Source: Nitrospira sp. (GTDB lineage: Bacteria; Nitrospirota; Nitrospiria; Nitrospirales; Nitrospiraceae). Taken from it: a stretch of 64,000 bases of DNA. Each line of letters opens with the position of its first letter. Position 1 is the stretch's first letter. The translations under genes and the position numbers were made by a program. The notes below the pieces were generated by a model, which saw nothing but the letters and a program-made list of their open reading frames with translations, ran no database searches and was not told the DNA's origin. The stretch is from contig JBEBHO010000124.1 in NCBI GenBank assembly GCA_040081095.1, positions 4,641 through 68,640 on the forward strand, read 5' to 3'. Shown here piece after piece: positions 48,604 through 59,031 of this stretch.

Positions 48604-49757
48604 AGTTCCTGTCGCACTCCTTTCCCGTATTTAAACCAGGCAACGAGAATCGCCGCATTGACCATTGAAAAGTAGAGCGCGATCTTGCCAAGAAGCGAGT
48701 GCCGGATGACACTCCATCCTGATAACGCCAAAAGCGCGATGACATAGAAGACGATTTGAACGATTGAGAAGAAGAGAAACCATGGCGAGGCCATCAACAT
48801 CACAGAGCTGAATAGGGCCATGATTAAACAAAACGGCACCGACCACCGCAATACCTTGTGCGAGAACATTTCGACTGCAAAAACGCCGAAGCGAAGAGGG
48901 TTCAGCACCCGCGCATAGGAAAACAGCGCCGCCATCCCTCGAATCAATGTGCGGACCTTCCGTTCGAACTCCTGCTTGGAGTCCTTCACACTGGTCATCG
49001 TGCCCACCGCGTCCGGCTCGCTGACTGCGCGAAATCCTTGTTCCACGGTCCTGAGCACAGAAAGAAAATCAGGCGCCAGGCCTTCCGTAAACGGCGCGCA
49101 AAGCGCCCGACGTTGCGCATAGAAGGATCCGCTCGCTCCGACGATGGAGTGGACCTTGGACTCCAAGCGGCGGACCAGCAATTCATACCGTCCATACCAT
49201 GCTTCTCCGCCTGACTCGGCAATTTTATCTTCTCCAGAAATACACCCGATGGCCGGATCACGAAAGCCTTGCACGATGTGACGCAGGGCATCTGGCTCCA
49301 ACTCAATCGATGCGTCAGAAAAGACCACGATATCATGTCTCGCTTGTTCAAGGCCTGCATTCAGCGCCGCCGCCTTCCCGCCACGCACAGGAAGCTCCAC
49401 CAACGAGATTGAAGCGGAAATCTGATTCCGGATCAACTCGATCGTACGATCGGTTGACCCATCGGAGACGAACAGTACTTGAAGCCTATCGAAAGGATAC
49501 AGAAGGGCTTTCGTATTGACGATCTTCCGCTCGATCCGCCTTTCCTCATTGCATGCGGGAATAATCATGGAGACCGAAGGGTAAAATGGCGAACCCTGAG
49601 GTGTTGGTGGCTGTGCCCTAGCCCAACCTCGCCCCAAGAGCCACAGGAGAAGCGGATAGCCTAGGTAGGGATACATGACCCCAAACACCGACAACCAAAA
49701 CAACCCTTCCATCGCCGTCACGGCCACACCCCCATCAGTCATCATGCAGCAATCCAC
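48582..49757 (-). CDS. GT2 glycosyltransferase with membrane segments
   Basis: IIPACNEE, SDGSTD, GKAAALN, FSDA, EFERKVR, SHKVLRW. Confidence 0.92.
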   Translation of the reverse strand: MDCCMMTDGGVAVTAMEGLFWLSVFGVMYPYLGYPLLLWLLGRGWARAQPPTPQGSPFYPSVSMIIPACNEERRIERKIVNTKALLYPFDRLQVLFVSDGSTDRTIELIRNQISASISLVELPVRGGKAAALNAGLEQARHDIVVFSDASIELEPDALRHIVQGFRDPAIGCISGEDKIAESGGEAWYGRYELLVRRLESKVHSIVGASGSFYAQRRALCAPFTEGLAPDFLSVLRTVEQGFRAVSEPDAVGTMTSVKDSKQEFERKVRTLIRGMAALFSYARVLNPLRFGVFAVEMFSHKVLRWSVPFCLIMALFSSVMLMASPWFLFFSIVQIVFYVIALLALSGWSVIRHSLLGKIALYFSMVNAAILVAWFKYGKGVRQELWTPSQR

Positions 49758-50396
49758 CGCTTGACCTCATGCCAAGTAGGCTTAAGGTCTGAGAATCAGG
49801 CAATCTCGTTATACGTATCTTATTGCCACAGTTTCAGAAAATGGAGAACAGAGAAGAGTTTTTCCGCATGGCATAGAGGAAGGTGTAATTCATCCGAACC
49901 CTTGAACAAGCGCATCGACTTGGCTTCCTACTCCCTAAGCGTTCGTTCTGCCTAGACTCATCTACGGCTAAGATGAGACTATAGCATGGTTTCTCAGACA
50001 AACATCCTCGGTATCGATGGATGGAAAACCGTCTCGGACAAGCGCTAGGAAAACCAACAGATGGTGCATTCTGGTTGATCAAAAGCAATGGCACGCCGGA
50101 ACGCAGTCCTGTGGGCGGGTCCCTTCTGACCCTAAGCCCTCAGTGACGAACTTTCCAGGGGCAGGGGTAACCCAGGAACCCCTCGTGACATATGATGTTG
50201 ATATGGACACAGAATACTGCGCCTCAAGCCTACTCCCAGGCTGCCATTAGATGGAGACTCTAATTGTGGGACGGTCCAGAGATCTTATAGTAATCAGGAT
50301 CGGCAAGGCCTGGGGCCCCTCCACCTCACATTCGATCATGGACATGCGCTTTTTGTAGCTCAATACATCAGTTTCGGCAACAATGTTTCGCGACCA

Positions 50397-51521
50397 TCAC
50401 AACAAGCTTTCGTATACCCCTTGATACCGGTCGATCATTTTGTTGATAATGAAATTGTCCATAAAATCTTGTCTCGCACTATGCCCCACCTGCTGACGCA
50501 ATTTCTCCTGATCAACCAGCACGGCCAGTGCATCAGCCATCCCTGCCGGGTCGCGAGGCCTTACTATCCGACCACTTCGCCCTTCCTCAATGACATGCCT
50601 ACTCTCACCCACATCCGTAGTTACAATCGGCAACCCCGCTGCCATCGCTTCCAGCAATACAATCGAATTGGCCTCCCATAGGGACGATTGGCAGAAGATA
50701 TCCAGAAAAGGAAGCAAATTGTTCCCGGCATTCGGCGCCCACCCCAGAAAATGCACTGTATCGGTCAGACTGAGCCTCTTGCACTTACTTTCCAGCTCCT
50801 GGCGTAAAGGGCCGTCGCCTACGATCAGAAATATGCAATTCGTTTTCCTGCGCCGAAGGATATCGGCTGTTTCAAGAAGAAAGGTCAACCCCTTCTGTTC
50901 TGTCAATGTCGAAATAGAACCAATCACAACTGGCTGGTCCGGCCGATTGCGATAGGGCTTGAGGGGATCTGCGCTGGAATCGAAAGTCGGCAGGCCGACG
51001 CCGTTGTATATCGTATCCAGCCTGGAAGATGACAAACGAAGTGCTTTGCGAATTTGCTTCGCCTGCTCGACACCCACGGCGACCAGATGATTAGCCATAC
51101 GGCTGGATATCATCTCCATCAGGACATAGCGCTTCCTAAGGATGGGATAATTGCCGAAATGAAACGTATGGACCAACCTGGCTTTAGAACCGAATATACG
51201 GCATTGCGCGCCATCGTAGAGAGCACCCGTATCATGTGTGTGCAGGACATCTATGCGCTTCTCCTTCATCAGCTTCTTAAGGACCAAAAACCGGCGATAG
51301 GGAGGCACCTCGGGAACCAGCTCCGGCAATCCGATCACCTCGTGCCCCTGCGCCATCAACTCCTCACCGATTGCACCCCTCGCCGAACGCCAGCACACCG
51401 TTACAGAAAATCTGCTTTTGTCTAGGTGGTTACACAATGAGGCAACCACCCGCTCCGCTCCCCCATGATGGAGCCCGTGGATTGCTAGCATCAAATTTAT
51501 TTTTCTGTTTTTTGGCTTCAC
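50397..51521 (-). CDS. GT4 glycosyltransferase
   Basis: GGAE, HTH, YNGV, EQKG, WEANSIVLLEAMAAG; start uncertain (GTG 51521 or ATG 51560). Confidence 0.92.
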   Translation of the reverse strand: MKPKNRKINLMLAIHGLHHGGAERVVASLCNHLDKSRFSVTVCWRSARGAIGEELMAQGHEVIGLPELVPEVPPYRRFLVLKKLMKEKRIDVLHTHDTGALYDGAQCRIFGSKARLVHTFHFGNYPILRKRYVLMEMISSRMANHLVAVGVEQAKQIRKALRLSSSRLDTIYNGVGLPTFDSSADPLKPYRNRPDQPVVIGSISTLTEQKGLTFLLETADILRRRKTNCIFLIVGDGPLRQELESKCKRLSLTDTVHFLGWAPNAGNNLLPFLDIFCQSSLWEANSIVLLEAMAAGLPIVTTDVGESRHVIEEGRSGRIVRPRDPAGMADALAVLVDQEKLRQQVGHSARQDFMDNFIINKMIDRYQGVYESLL

Positions 51522-51580
51522 GCGAGAACCTCTTCTTGTGCCCGAGGGGGTCCGCCGCATATTACTAAATCCAGAAGGAC

Positions 51581-52810
51581 TTAGGACCGCTTGTGCCCTG
51601 TACCGTCCTTCCACAACGCGCACACGAGCGCCCTAATTAATATTACCACGGTCTCCAGCGAGTACCTCCAATCGCACAGGTCGAAATCAAAAAATGCTAG
51701 CGGTGGTTTGTAGGAGCTGAACAACTGCCGCCACGACAGCAAACCGGCCCGCATATACTCTGGGATCGCCGTCCCCTCAGCGCGCAACACAACATGCCGG
51801 AAATGATTCCCAGTCGGCGAAATGGGCTCCACCCGCCGTCCGATCATTTCAAGATAATGAATCCAACACAAATCAACCCCTGCATAAGGCGCGGCGTCCC
51901 CGCCGCCAGACAGTCTGGGATTCGCCTCGATTAGCTTGACCTGCCCATCCCTTGAATCCCGCTTGATCTCAATTTCGCATATTCCGATGTACCCGATTTT
52001 CTTCAGAAAGGAGTCACATACGGCATCCGCCTCCGCGTCCGGATACGGCTCACTCACCGACGCCGGCCCGAAGCCAATGGGAACGCACCGCAGTTCCCGA
52101 AACATGGCATTCGCAATTCGGTTTCCGCTCCGGTCGTAACAGGAGAGATAGACTCGCTTCGCCATGTCAGAACCCTGAATGATATCTTGCACGATAACAC
52201 TCGGGGTGATCGGCCTGGCTAACTCATAGTTTGCGATTAACTCCTGCGCAGAGTTGGCAATAGCGATTTTCTGATTGGACAGAGGGTGGTCCGGCTGGAA
52301 TTTTTGCCATTCCCTAAAATGCCAGGGCTTGATCAAGCATGGATAACTCAGTCTGCGCGAGAATTCGAGCAACTCTTCAAGCGAACTAACCATGCCAGTC
52401 AGTGGCATCGGCATGCCATGTTCCATGGCCAGCTGATACTGCGTATGTTTCTCTGCAAGCAACCCCTGGAGCCGGATACCCGGGTTCAACAGGAAATATT
52501 CTTGCAGTATCTCGCGCTGATCAGCGATGGCCGTCACATATCGGTCGGAACTGGGGATCAGTACCGCTTTCGTTCCCAACTCATGCGCGAGCTCCTTCAT
52601 GAACTCCACCCACTGTTGCGGCTCCTCATCGGGATTGGGGCAAAGGCGCGCCGGTCCATACACGGACCGAAACCCTGGCATCTCGGAGTTGCAATCGAAA
52701 CAGAGGGCCTTCACGCCGTGCCGGTTGAGACTCCGAACGCCGAGCACGGCTGTCTGATAAGCGCCTGCAATGACAGCAGGCGGCAAATCCGCTACAGCAG
52801 GAAACGTCAT
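51581..52810 (-). CDS. ATP-grasp carboxylate-amine ligase (D-aspartate ligase-like)
   Basis: VLIPSSD, YPCLIKP, IVQDII, EIEIKRDSRDG, KLIEANPR, AGVDL. Confidence 0.88.
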   Translation of the reverse strand: MTFPAVADLPPAVIAGAYQTAVLGVRSLNRHGVKALCFDCNSEMPGFRSVYGPARLCPNPDEEPQQWVEFMKELAHELGTKAVLIPSSDRYVTAIADQREILQEYFLLNPGIRLQGLLAEKHTQYQLAMEHGMPMPLTGMVSSLEELLEFSRRLSYPCLIKPWHFREWQKFQPDHPLSNQKIAIANSAQELIANYELARPITPSVIVQDIIQGSDMAKRVYLSCYDRSGNRIANAMFRELRCVPIGFGPASVSEPYPDAEADAVCDSFLKKIGYIGICEIEIKRDSRDGQVKLIEANPRLSGGGDAAPYAGVDLCWIHYLEMIGRRVEPISPTGNHFRHVVLRAEGTAIPEYMRAGLLSWRQLFSSYKPPLAFFDFDLCDWRYSLETVVILIRALVCALWKDGTGHKRS

Positions 52811-52884
52811 AGCTTGTTTCAATGGGGTCTTTCTCGAGGCGGAAACCCGACCTCGCTAAGGTCAAAACACAAGAAACGGCGCGC

Positions 52885-53631
52885 TCAATCCGGATCATGC
52901 AAGCGCGACAAAATACCACCGTCCACATCAAACGCAGCTCCCGTAATGAAAGCGGCATTTCGGGAAACCAAGAACAGCACCACCTGAGCGATTTCCGCAG
53001 GCTCAGCAATTCGACCCAAAGGATGCATCCCGCCGAGAGCGGAAAATTGCGCATCCTTGCCTTTAAATCCCTGCAGCAACATGGGGGTGGCCACGGCTGC
53101 CGGGTTAATGGCATTAACCCTGATACGGCCGCCCAAATCGACCGCAAGAGCTCTGGTTAGTCCAACCAATGCTGCCTTGCTAGTCGCGTAACACACGAAT
53201 CCAGGCTTTGTTGCAATTGCATGAACGCTTCCCATATTAACCACCGAGCCGCCCGCCTTTTCCAAGTACGGCAGAAGCGCCTGGGTCAGCAGAAACGGGG
53301 CAAGGACGTTGACATCCAACGTATCGCGCCAATCCTGCACCGACACCGTATCGGTCCGGTTGAGAATCTGCACCGCAGCATTGTTGACTAAGACAGTGAG
53401 ACCTGAAGCAGGGATATTGAGCTGCTGAACGAAGCGCTTCAAACAAGCTTCATCGCGAGACACAGCCTTGAGATCAGCTTCGATGAAGTGATCGCACGCG
53501 ATACCAGGCGCGCCGGCCATATCGGTCCCAATTACTCGATAACCAGCCCCTCTAAACTCTGCGCACAGTACACGCCCTATGCCACCTGCCGCACCGGTAA
53601 TCAACGCTGTCATCGCATGGTCGCTCATCAC
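52885..53631 (-). CDS. SDR family oxidoreductase
   Basis: TGAAGGIG, VNNAA, YATSK, RVNAINP, FITG-VDGG. Confidence 0.93.
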   Translation of the reverse strand: MMSDHAMTALITGAAGGIGRVLCAEFRGAGYRVIGTDMAGAPGIACDHFIEADLKAVSRDEACLKRFVQQLNIPASGLTVLVNNAAVQILNRTDTVSVQDWRDTLDVNVLAPFLLTQALLPYLEKAGGSVVNMGSVHAIATKPGFVCYATSKAALVGLTRALAVDLGGRIRVNAINPAAVATPMLLQGFKGKDAQFSALGGMHPLGRIAEPAEIAQVVLFLVSRNAAFITGAAFDVDGGILSRLHDPD

Positions 53632-54560
53632 CTGACCTCAAGAAATCCGAACAGCAGCCCAACAGCCCGCTCGCTGGCTCGCATCACCGCATCAGCGGTA
53701 TTCGATCCATTGTGCGACCCAAAAATACATCGCTCGAATTTTCGCAAGGGTGAAGACATCGGCAAGGGTTCGGTCTCAAAAACATCGAGGGCTGCGGAAT
53801 GTACGGTGCCATCCTCTAAGGCGTCAATCAGGTCGCACTCAGAAATCAGGGCGCCACGTGCGACGTTGACGATGCGAACCCCCCTCTTTGCCCTGGCAAA
53901 CAAGTCAGCATTCAACATATGCCGATTGGCCTTGTTGAGAGAGCAGGTCAGAACGATAAAATCGCATTCTTCGACTCGCTCAGGCCATGTGGCAAACTCA
54001 ACGGTATCGGCTTCGCTCGACATCCTGACTGTGCGATCGTAGGCGATCACCTTCATATTTGCTGCCAGCGCGCGCCTTGCCGTTGCCTTGCCGATGTCCC
54101 CGATCCCGACAAGACCCAGGGTCTTATCGGCGAGCGAGATGCCGTTGGGCTTTGGCCATCTCCCCGCCCGCACTTCCCGGTCGATCCGAAATGTCTCGCG
54201 GGCAAGGGCGGTGACATACGACATAGCCACATCCCCGACCTCTCCTCCGAACATATCCGGCGTATTTGTAATAGGGATGGCAAGATCTTTGGCAGCGGCG
54301 AAGTCGACGTTATCTACCCCGACCCCCCACTTTACTGCGGCCTTGAGTAACCCCTGCTTCCCAGCCTCAAAGACACGCCGTGTAGCAGGATCGTCCCCGA
54401 TGATCCAACCATCGAACTGAGGCACCAATTGGACCAATTCTTCCTCACTCAAGGCCTGGACCATGGCGGGACAGAAAATATCGATGTTCTTTTGGCCGAA
54501 TAGGTGGCGCAGATCGTCGATTTCCCCCAGCATCGGGGGACAGGTGATTAGGACTCGCAC
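53628..54560 (-). CDS. D-2-hydroxyacid dehydrogenase (phosphoglycerate dehydrogenase-like)
   Basis: GVGVDNVD, GIGDIG, NVARG, ALDVFETEP, GSHNGS. Confidence 0.92.
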   Translation of the reverse strand: MRVLITCPPMLGEIDDLRHLFGQKNIDIFCPAMVQALSEEELVQLVPQFDGWIIGDDPATRRVFEAGKQGLLKAAVKWGVGVDNVDFAAAKDLAIPITNTPDMFGGEVGDVAMSYVTALARETFRIDREVRAGRWPKPNGISLADKTLGLVGIGDIGKATARRALAANMKVIAYDRTVRMSSEADTVEFATWPERVEECDFIVLTCSLNKANRHMLNADLFARAKRGVRIVNVARGALISECDLIDALEDGTVHSAALDVFETEPLPMSSPLRKFERCIFGSHNGSNTADAVMRASERAVGLLFGFLEVR

Positions 54561-54566
54561 GAATCA

Positions 54567-55250
54567 CTAGCCTTTCGAGGAAGTTAAGTGCTTGGAAACG
54601 ATCTCACAGATCGTCCAGTCTGCGGGGGTATCAATGTCGAATGATTCTATGCGAGGTGTTTCGAACACCATGGGCTTCGCACCGATCCTGGCATTGGTTT
54701 TCACAAAACTGTCACGCGTAAAAATGTAGAGATTGGAGTTCTCCTCGAACCAAGGCTCAAGATCCTGGGTGCGCACCAGATTATTCGGATCGTGATTCAC
54801 CGGGCTTCCATCTGCTCGGTAAAACCGAGTCTGGAACTTATTGACGGTAAAAAGCGAGTCGACTTCGCCTCGAGCCGCCTCAAAGCGCGCCAATGCCGCC
54901 CGTATGGTCTCACCGGTCAATAACGGATTGGTTGTGTGCGTCATCAGATAGATGTCGGCCGGGACATGGGTCAGATCGTCCGCCAGGATAAGATTCATGC
55001 TGACAAAATCGCCGCAGATTTCCGGAAGGCGGTCGCGTATCAAGATGCGATCGGAATCGGTAAGGCCGTTCTCAGCGAGGATAGCCCTGGCATCCGTATT
55101 GATAACGACCTGATCGATCAATTCGATGCTAAGCAGCGAATCGAGCACCCAACGAAACAGCGGTTTGCCATTGAAAACTCGAAAATTCTTACCTTTGACC
55201 CTTTCGCTGTGTGCCTTCATCGGCAACAGCGCGACGATTCGTCTAGCCAT
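54567..55250 (-). CDS. Acylneuraminate/CMP-ulosonate cytidylyltransferase family
   Basis: PMKAHSERVKGKN, GKPL, TTNPL, RTQDL, ENS, DIDT. Confidence 0.9.
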   Translation of the reverse strand: MARRIVALLPMKAHSERVKGKNFRVFNGKPLFRWVLDSLLSIELIDQVVINTDARAILAENGLTDSDRILIRDRLPEICGDFVSMNLILADDLTHVPADIYLMTHTTNPLLTGETIRAALARFEAARGEVDSLFTVNKFQTRFYRADGSPVNHDPNNLVRTQDLEPWFEENSNLYIFTRDSFVKTNARIGAKPMVFETPRIESFDIDTPADWTICEIVSKHLTSSKG

Positions 55251-55276
55251 TAGTACATTCCTTCTTGGTCAGGGGG

Positions 55277-56158
55277 CTACTTGGGATAGAAGTACTTCTC
55301 TTTCAGCACACGCGACATCTTCCGGGTTTCATGGTTGCCCTGGTACGCCCCCAGAAACTGTAGCAACCGGAACATGACGATCTCTGGAAACCGTTTCAGC
55401 ACCACCCTCTCCTGCAGGGCCGCGCCTGCATCGAGCAAGATCGCGCTTGCCGAGTAGCGCAGGAAATCATAGAAGCTCACATGAACCTCGGGCATGATGC
55501 GCTGCAGTGCGATCGCTTCCCGTTCGTAACGTCGATGCATCTTTCGCCAGCTCTCATCATGCAGGTGAAAAACGGGCGCCTCCGCAACGTACCCAAGCTT
55601 GAGGCCTCGCTCCACCAGGCGCCTGCCGAGCTCCATATCTTCCAAACCCGTCAGTTCCTCGTTGAACCGGTGCGCCTCCCAGACTTCGCGCCGCAACGCC
55701 GCATTGGCATTATTACAGAAAAACCCCTGCTGATAGATGCTGCTAACCTCCGGAAAATACTTCTTGAAGAGCTGACGTTCACTGAACTTGCTATCCCCAT
55801 TTCCCATCTGCCGGCCGTAGGTATACACGCATATGTCATCGTGCAGAGGCTTGATCAGATTGGCCAGCCAGGTATCCGTCGCCGGCACACAATGGCCGCT
55901 CACAAACGCAAGATATTGGCCGGTCGCCGCAGTACAGCCGACATTCAAAGACCTCCCAAAGGTGAAGTCGTCCTTGGCAATGCGCACGATCCGGCACCCG
56001 AAGCTTTCGCCAATGTCCCTAGTGCGGTCTTCAGAACCGGAATCGACAATAATAACTTCTTTCGATAATGAGTCCGCTCGCTGCGAAGCAATCTTTTCAA
56101 GAACGCTGGGCAGATGTCGTTCTTCGTTATACGTTCTAATGACAATGCTGACTTTCAT
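55277..56158 (-). CDS. GT2 glycosyltransferase
   Basis: SIVIRTYNE, VDSGSED, FTFGRSLN, YGRQ, NANA, LEDM. Confidence 0.92.
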   Translation of the reverse strand: MKVSIVIRTYNEERHLPSVLEKIASQRADSLSKEVIIVDSGSEDRTRDIGESFGCRIVRIAKDDFTFGRSLNVGCTAATGQYLAFVSGHCVPATDTWLANLIKPLHDDICVYTYGRQMGNGDSKFSERQLFKKYFPEVSSIYQQGFFCNNANAALRREVWEAHRFNEELTGLEDMELGRRLVERGLKLGYVAEAPVFHLHDESWRKMHRRYEREAIALQRIMPEVHVSFYDFLRYSASAILLDAGAALQERVVLKRFPEIVMFRLLQFLGAYQGNHETRKMSRVLKEKYFYPK

Positions 56159-56171
56159 CCTGCCTACATCC

Positions 56172-56936
56172 CTACAATTCTTGCGGATCCAGCCTCATCT
56201 CGAAAGGAGGCCGCATCAGTTCGTACAATAGATTCAACTCTTCCCTGTACACACTGTTGGGGGCAAACATGTCCCAGTGGGTCGGCACCAAGGTCTTCAC
56301 CCCGATATCCGTCGCCAACTGGAACGCCTCGCGAACTGACATATTTCCAACAATGCCACGTTTCTCACGATAGAAGTTTCTCTCGTTGACCGGTATAAAG
56401 GCAACGTCGATCGGCCCCAACTGATTCAGTCGGTTAAAAACGCGATCGTCAGGAGAACCATCGCCTCCGTGGTAAAGCTTTCGCCCCCCCCATTCCATCA
56501 CGTATCCGACACAGCGTAGATAGCCTTCGTCGTCGGTTTCGATGCGCGGATGGGCCGCGGGAACCGGCATCACCCGAACTTGTGGTCCCAGCGCAATCCA
56601 GTCTTCACGAGCAAGAAGCAACCGGCGGCTGTCAATTCCCGCGCCTATCAGCAGTTTCGCGACTTCGTTGGGACACACAAACTGGCATCCACTCGAAGCG
56701 AACGACAACGGCACGAGCGTCTTGAGATCGCAATGGTCCAAATGGGCGTGCGTGATCAGGGCAAAATCGGCATCTACCACCTTGGACGGCTCAACCGGCG
56801 CTGGCCTCAGGCGCTGCATCTCCCGGCCTTCGACCTCCGCTACGTGATTCGTCAAATAGGGGTCCGTATAGACAACGGTGCTCCCCAACTGAAATCGAAA
56901 TCCACACTGCCCCAATGGAATGACAGGGATTTTCAT
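56172..56936 (-). CDS. MBL-fold metallohydrolase (UlaG-like)
   Basis: LGQCGF, DPYL, THAHLDH, YHGGD, GNM, PTHWDMF. Confidence 0.9.
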   Translation of the reverse strand: MKIPVIPLGQCGFRFQLGSTVVYTDPYLTNHVAEVEGREMQRLRPAPVEPSKVVDADFALITHAHLDHCDLKTLVPLSFASSGCQFVCPNEVAKLLIGAGIDSRRLLLAREDWIALGPQVRVMPVPAAHPRIETDDEGYLRCVGYVMEWGGRKLYHGGDGSPDDRVFNRLNQLGPIDVAFIPVNERNFYREKRGIVGNMSVREAFQLATDIGVKTLVPTHWDMFAPNSVYREELNLLYELMRPPFEMRLDPQEL

Positions 56937-57190
56937 ACGCTACGACCCAGGCCGGATAAACGGGATCGCCAGAAACACTGCCGCCGTCGATGCGCGGATG
57001 GGGGCACGCACGATATTCTTCCACCACCACGTCGCCACGACGGTAACGGCCACCACAACAGGCGATCCGAAAGCGCGGTCGAATGGCAGGGAAGTTCTTT
57101 GTTCACAATCATGGGCCATGGAGCGGCAGGATCATAATGATTTTGGTTGAACGGGGCGTCGCGGGTAGGGCTTGACTTGCTCGCAAGAGT

Positions 57191-58072
57191 TCAGGATTTA
57201 CTTGCAGATTTCACCCAATACACCGCGCGCTTATCGATTTTGATGATAGAATCTTCGATGTGGTGCTGCAGACGGTATTCCTCAATGGCGCGTTGACAGT
57301 CTTTCAGATTTTGATAGTCGTCAAATATCGCGTATCCCCCCACCGAGAGTTTTGGGTACAGGTGATTCAGAACATCCCTCGTGGATTCATAGAGGTCAGC
57401 ATCTACCCGCAGTACTGACAATGTCGTAATCCCAGCGCCGGGTAACGTGTCGTTGAAAAACCCTTTAAGAAACACCACTTGCTCATCCAGCAGGCCATAA
57501 CGCGCAAAATTTGACCTCACTTGATCCAGGGATTCCGCCATAGCGCCTTTCTTCCAGCCAAACGAATCAAAGGATTCTTCAGGATTTGGCAGACCTTCGA
57601 AGGAATCGACTACCCATACCCGTCTTTGATGTTCGCCCATGGCTTTCAATGCACCACGCATAAAGATCGTCATCCCTCCACGCCACACGCCTGCCTCCAA
57701 AACGTCACCCGGCACCTTGCGCCCGATTACATCGGTGATGCAGGCCTGCATCTGATCCAGTTGCTTGATGCCCAACATCGTTTCTGCATCTTCCAGGCGC
57801 GTACGAGCTGCGTGGGTGGACTCGATATAATCGGCAAGCCCGGATTGCTTTAGGTGCACCAGCTCTAAGTGCAAGGGGGTCAGTATGGCCCGAAGAACCT
57901 TATTGAGAATTCGCAGATGGAAACGACCGGGGTCGATGGTGTGTCGAGCTACTTCTTTCGCGAATAAAGACCTGGTAAGACATCGCTTTAACAGGTCCAA
58001 ATACAACTCTTCAGACGTTTCTGGAATAGGACGCGTTTCAATCGGAGAAAGATAGTGTGTGGGCATTTTCAA
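57191..58072 (-). CDS. TylF/MycF/NovP-family sugar O-methyltransferase
   Basis: AETMLG, GDVLEAGVWRGG, DSFEGLP, KGFFNDTLP, DADLYEST, DDY. Confidence 0.93.
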   Translation of the reverse strand: MKMPTHYLSPIETRPIPETSEELYLDLLKRCLTRSLFAKEVARHTIDPGRFHLRILNKVLRAILTPLHLELVHLKQSGLADYIESTHAARTRLEDAETMLGIKQLDQMQACITDVIGRKVPGDVLEAGVWRGGMTIFMRGALKAMGEHQRRVWVVDSFEGLPNPEESFDSFGWKKGAMAESLDQVRSNFARYGLLDEQVVFLKGFFNDTLPGAGITTLSVLRVDADLYESTRDVLNHLYPKLSVGGYAIFDDYQNLKDCQRAIEEYRLQHHIEDSIIKIDKRAVYWVKSASKS

Positions 58073-58272
58073 AATGGAATAGTTCCCTTCAGGAGTTTAT
58101 AAAGAAATAATCTTCGCATTTGATTTCTTTCCTCGAGCAATATCATTTCTCTACACTTTATCATAAACTGAATTCGCGTCGCTGCCAAGCTCCCGCAATA
58201 ATGTTGCCATAAATATCCGACAGCCCATAGTAGCCTGTGGACATGCAGACACCCACCAAAATTACTCTGGTC

Positions 58273-58460
58273 TGGCGTAAGCCCCCCCTAATCTGAGACG
58301 GTCAACAGGAGAACTTTCTGGCACAATGATCACCCAAGCCAGGAGGTTCCCCTGCGTCACTCGAAGTTCACCGAGACCAAAATTGTGTCGATTCTGAAGG
58401 AGGACGATGCCGACCGACCCGTCAACGAGATTTGGCGAAGCTACAGCATCAGTTCTGCCT
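58273..58460 (+). mobile_element. IS3-family (IS407-like) left end and orfA fragment
   Basis: AGGAGG RBS, then (CTG)RHSKFTETKIVSILKEDDADRPVNEIWRSYSISSA, truncated. Confidence 0.75.
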
Positions 58461-58916
58461 TCTGGCACAGCTGGAGTACCTGCATGAACAGCCCACCCAG
58501 CGCCAGCAGGTGACGCTTCTGAAAGTCGTTGATCGTGGGAAAATCCTGACTCTGCCGCGCCGGCACGGCCATGAAATCCACCCGTTCCGGACAGGCCTTG
58601 GCGATCCGCCGCGACGCGTAGAGCCCTGCTGCTGTACGCGTGCAGCAGCAGGGCGACCATCATGGTGGAATCATAGGGCGGAAACCCGCAGTTCTCGTCG
58701 TAGGTCTTCAGGACTGCAGACAAGTCCAGCGAATCTCGGACCAGGTCCCGTACAAAGTGAGCCAGATGCCCCGGAGGCACCAGCTCATGTACCGACGGGG
58801 GGAACAGCACCAGCTGATCGACGTCCCAAGATTTGAATGTTTTAGCCATGCGGCATAGAAACCACAGCGTACTCTGGGCTGTCCAGTCAAAAGTGGCGCA
58901 TTACTCGGACAGGCTC
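58450..58916 (-). mobile_element. IS1182-like left end and frameshifted 5' transposase fragment
   Basis: End GAGCCTGTCCGAGTAA next to CTAG. MAKTFKSWDVDQLVLFPPSV...GHLAHF...PPYDSTMM, then after a frameshift GLYASRRIAKAC...DF-TINDFQKRH. Confidence 0.8.
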
Positions 58917-59031
58917 CTAGCACGCTCCATGGCCAAAAATCGCGAGTATTTGACTCCCTTTGCCATCGAATCGCTCATTCGTGGTCACGCTTGCGGTCGT
59001 TCTTACCGTCGAGCATCGTGGTCATGGCGTG

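Noticed and set aside
50088-50105. TGGCACG sigma-54-like site
   Set aside because: GG-to-GC spacing is 11 rather than 10, there is no TTGC, and it faces against the operon.
53628-54560. Housekeeping serA
   Set aside because: 310 aa with no ACT domain, and embedded in a glycan cassette.
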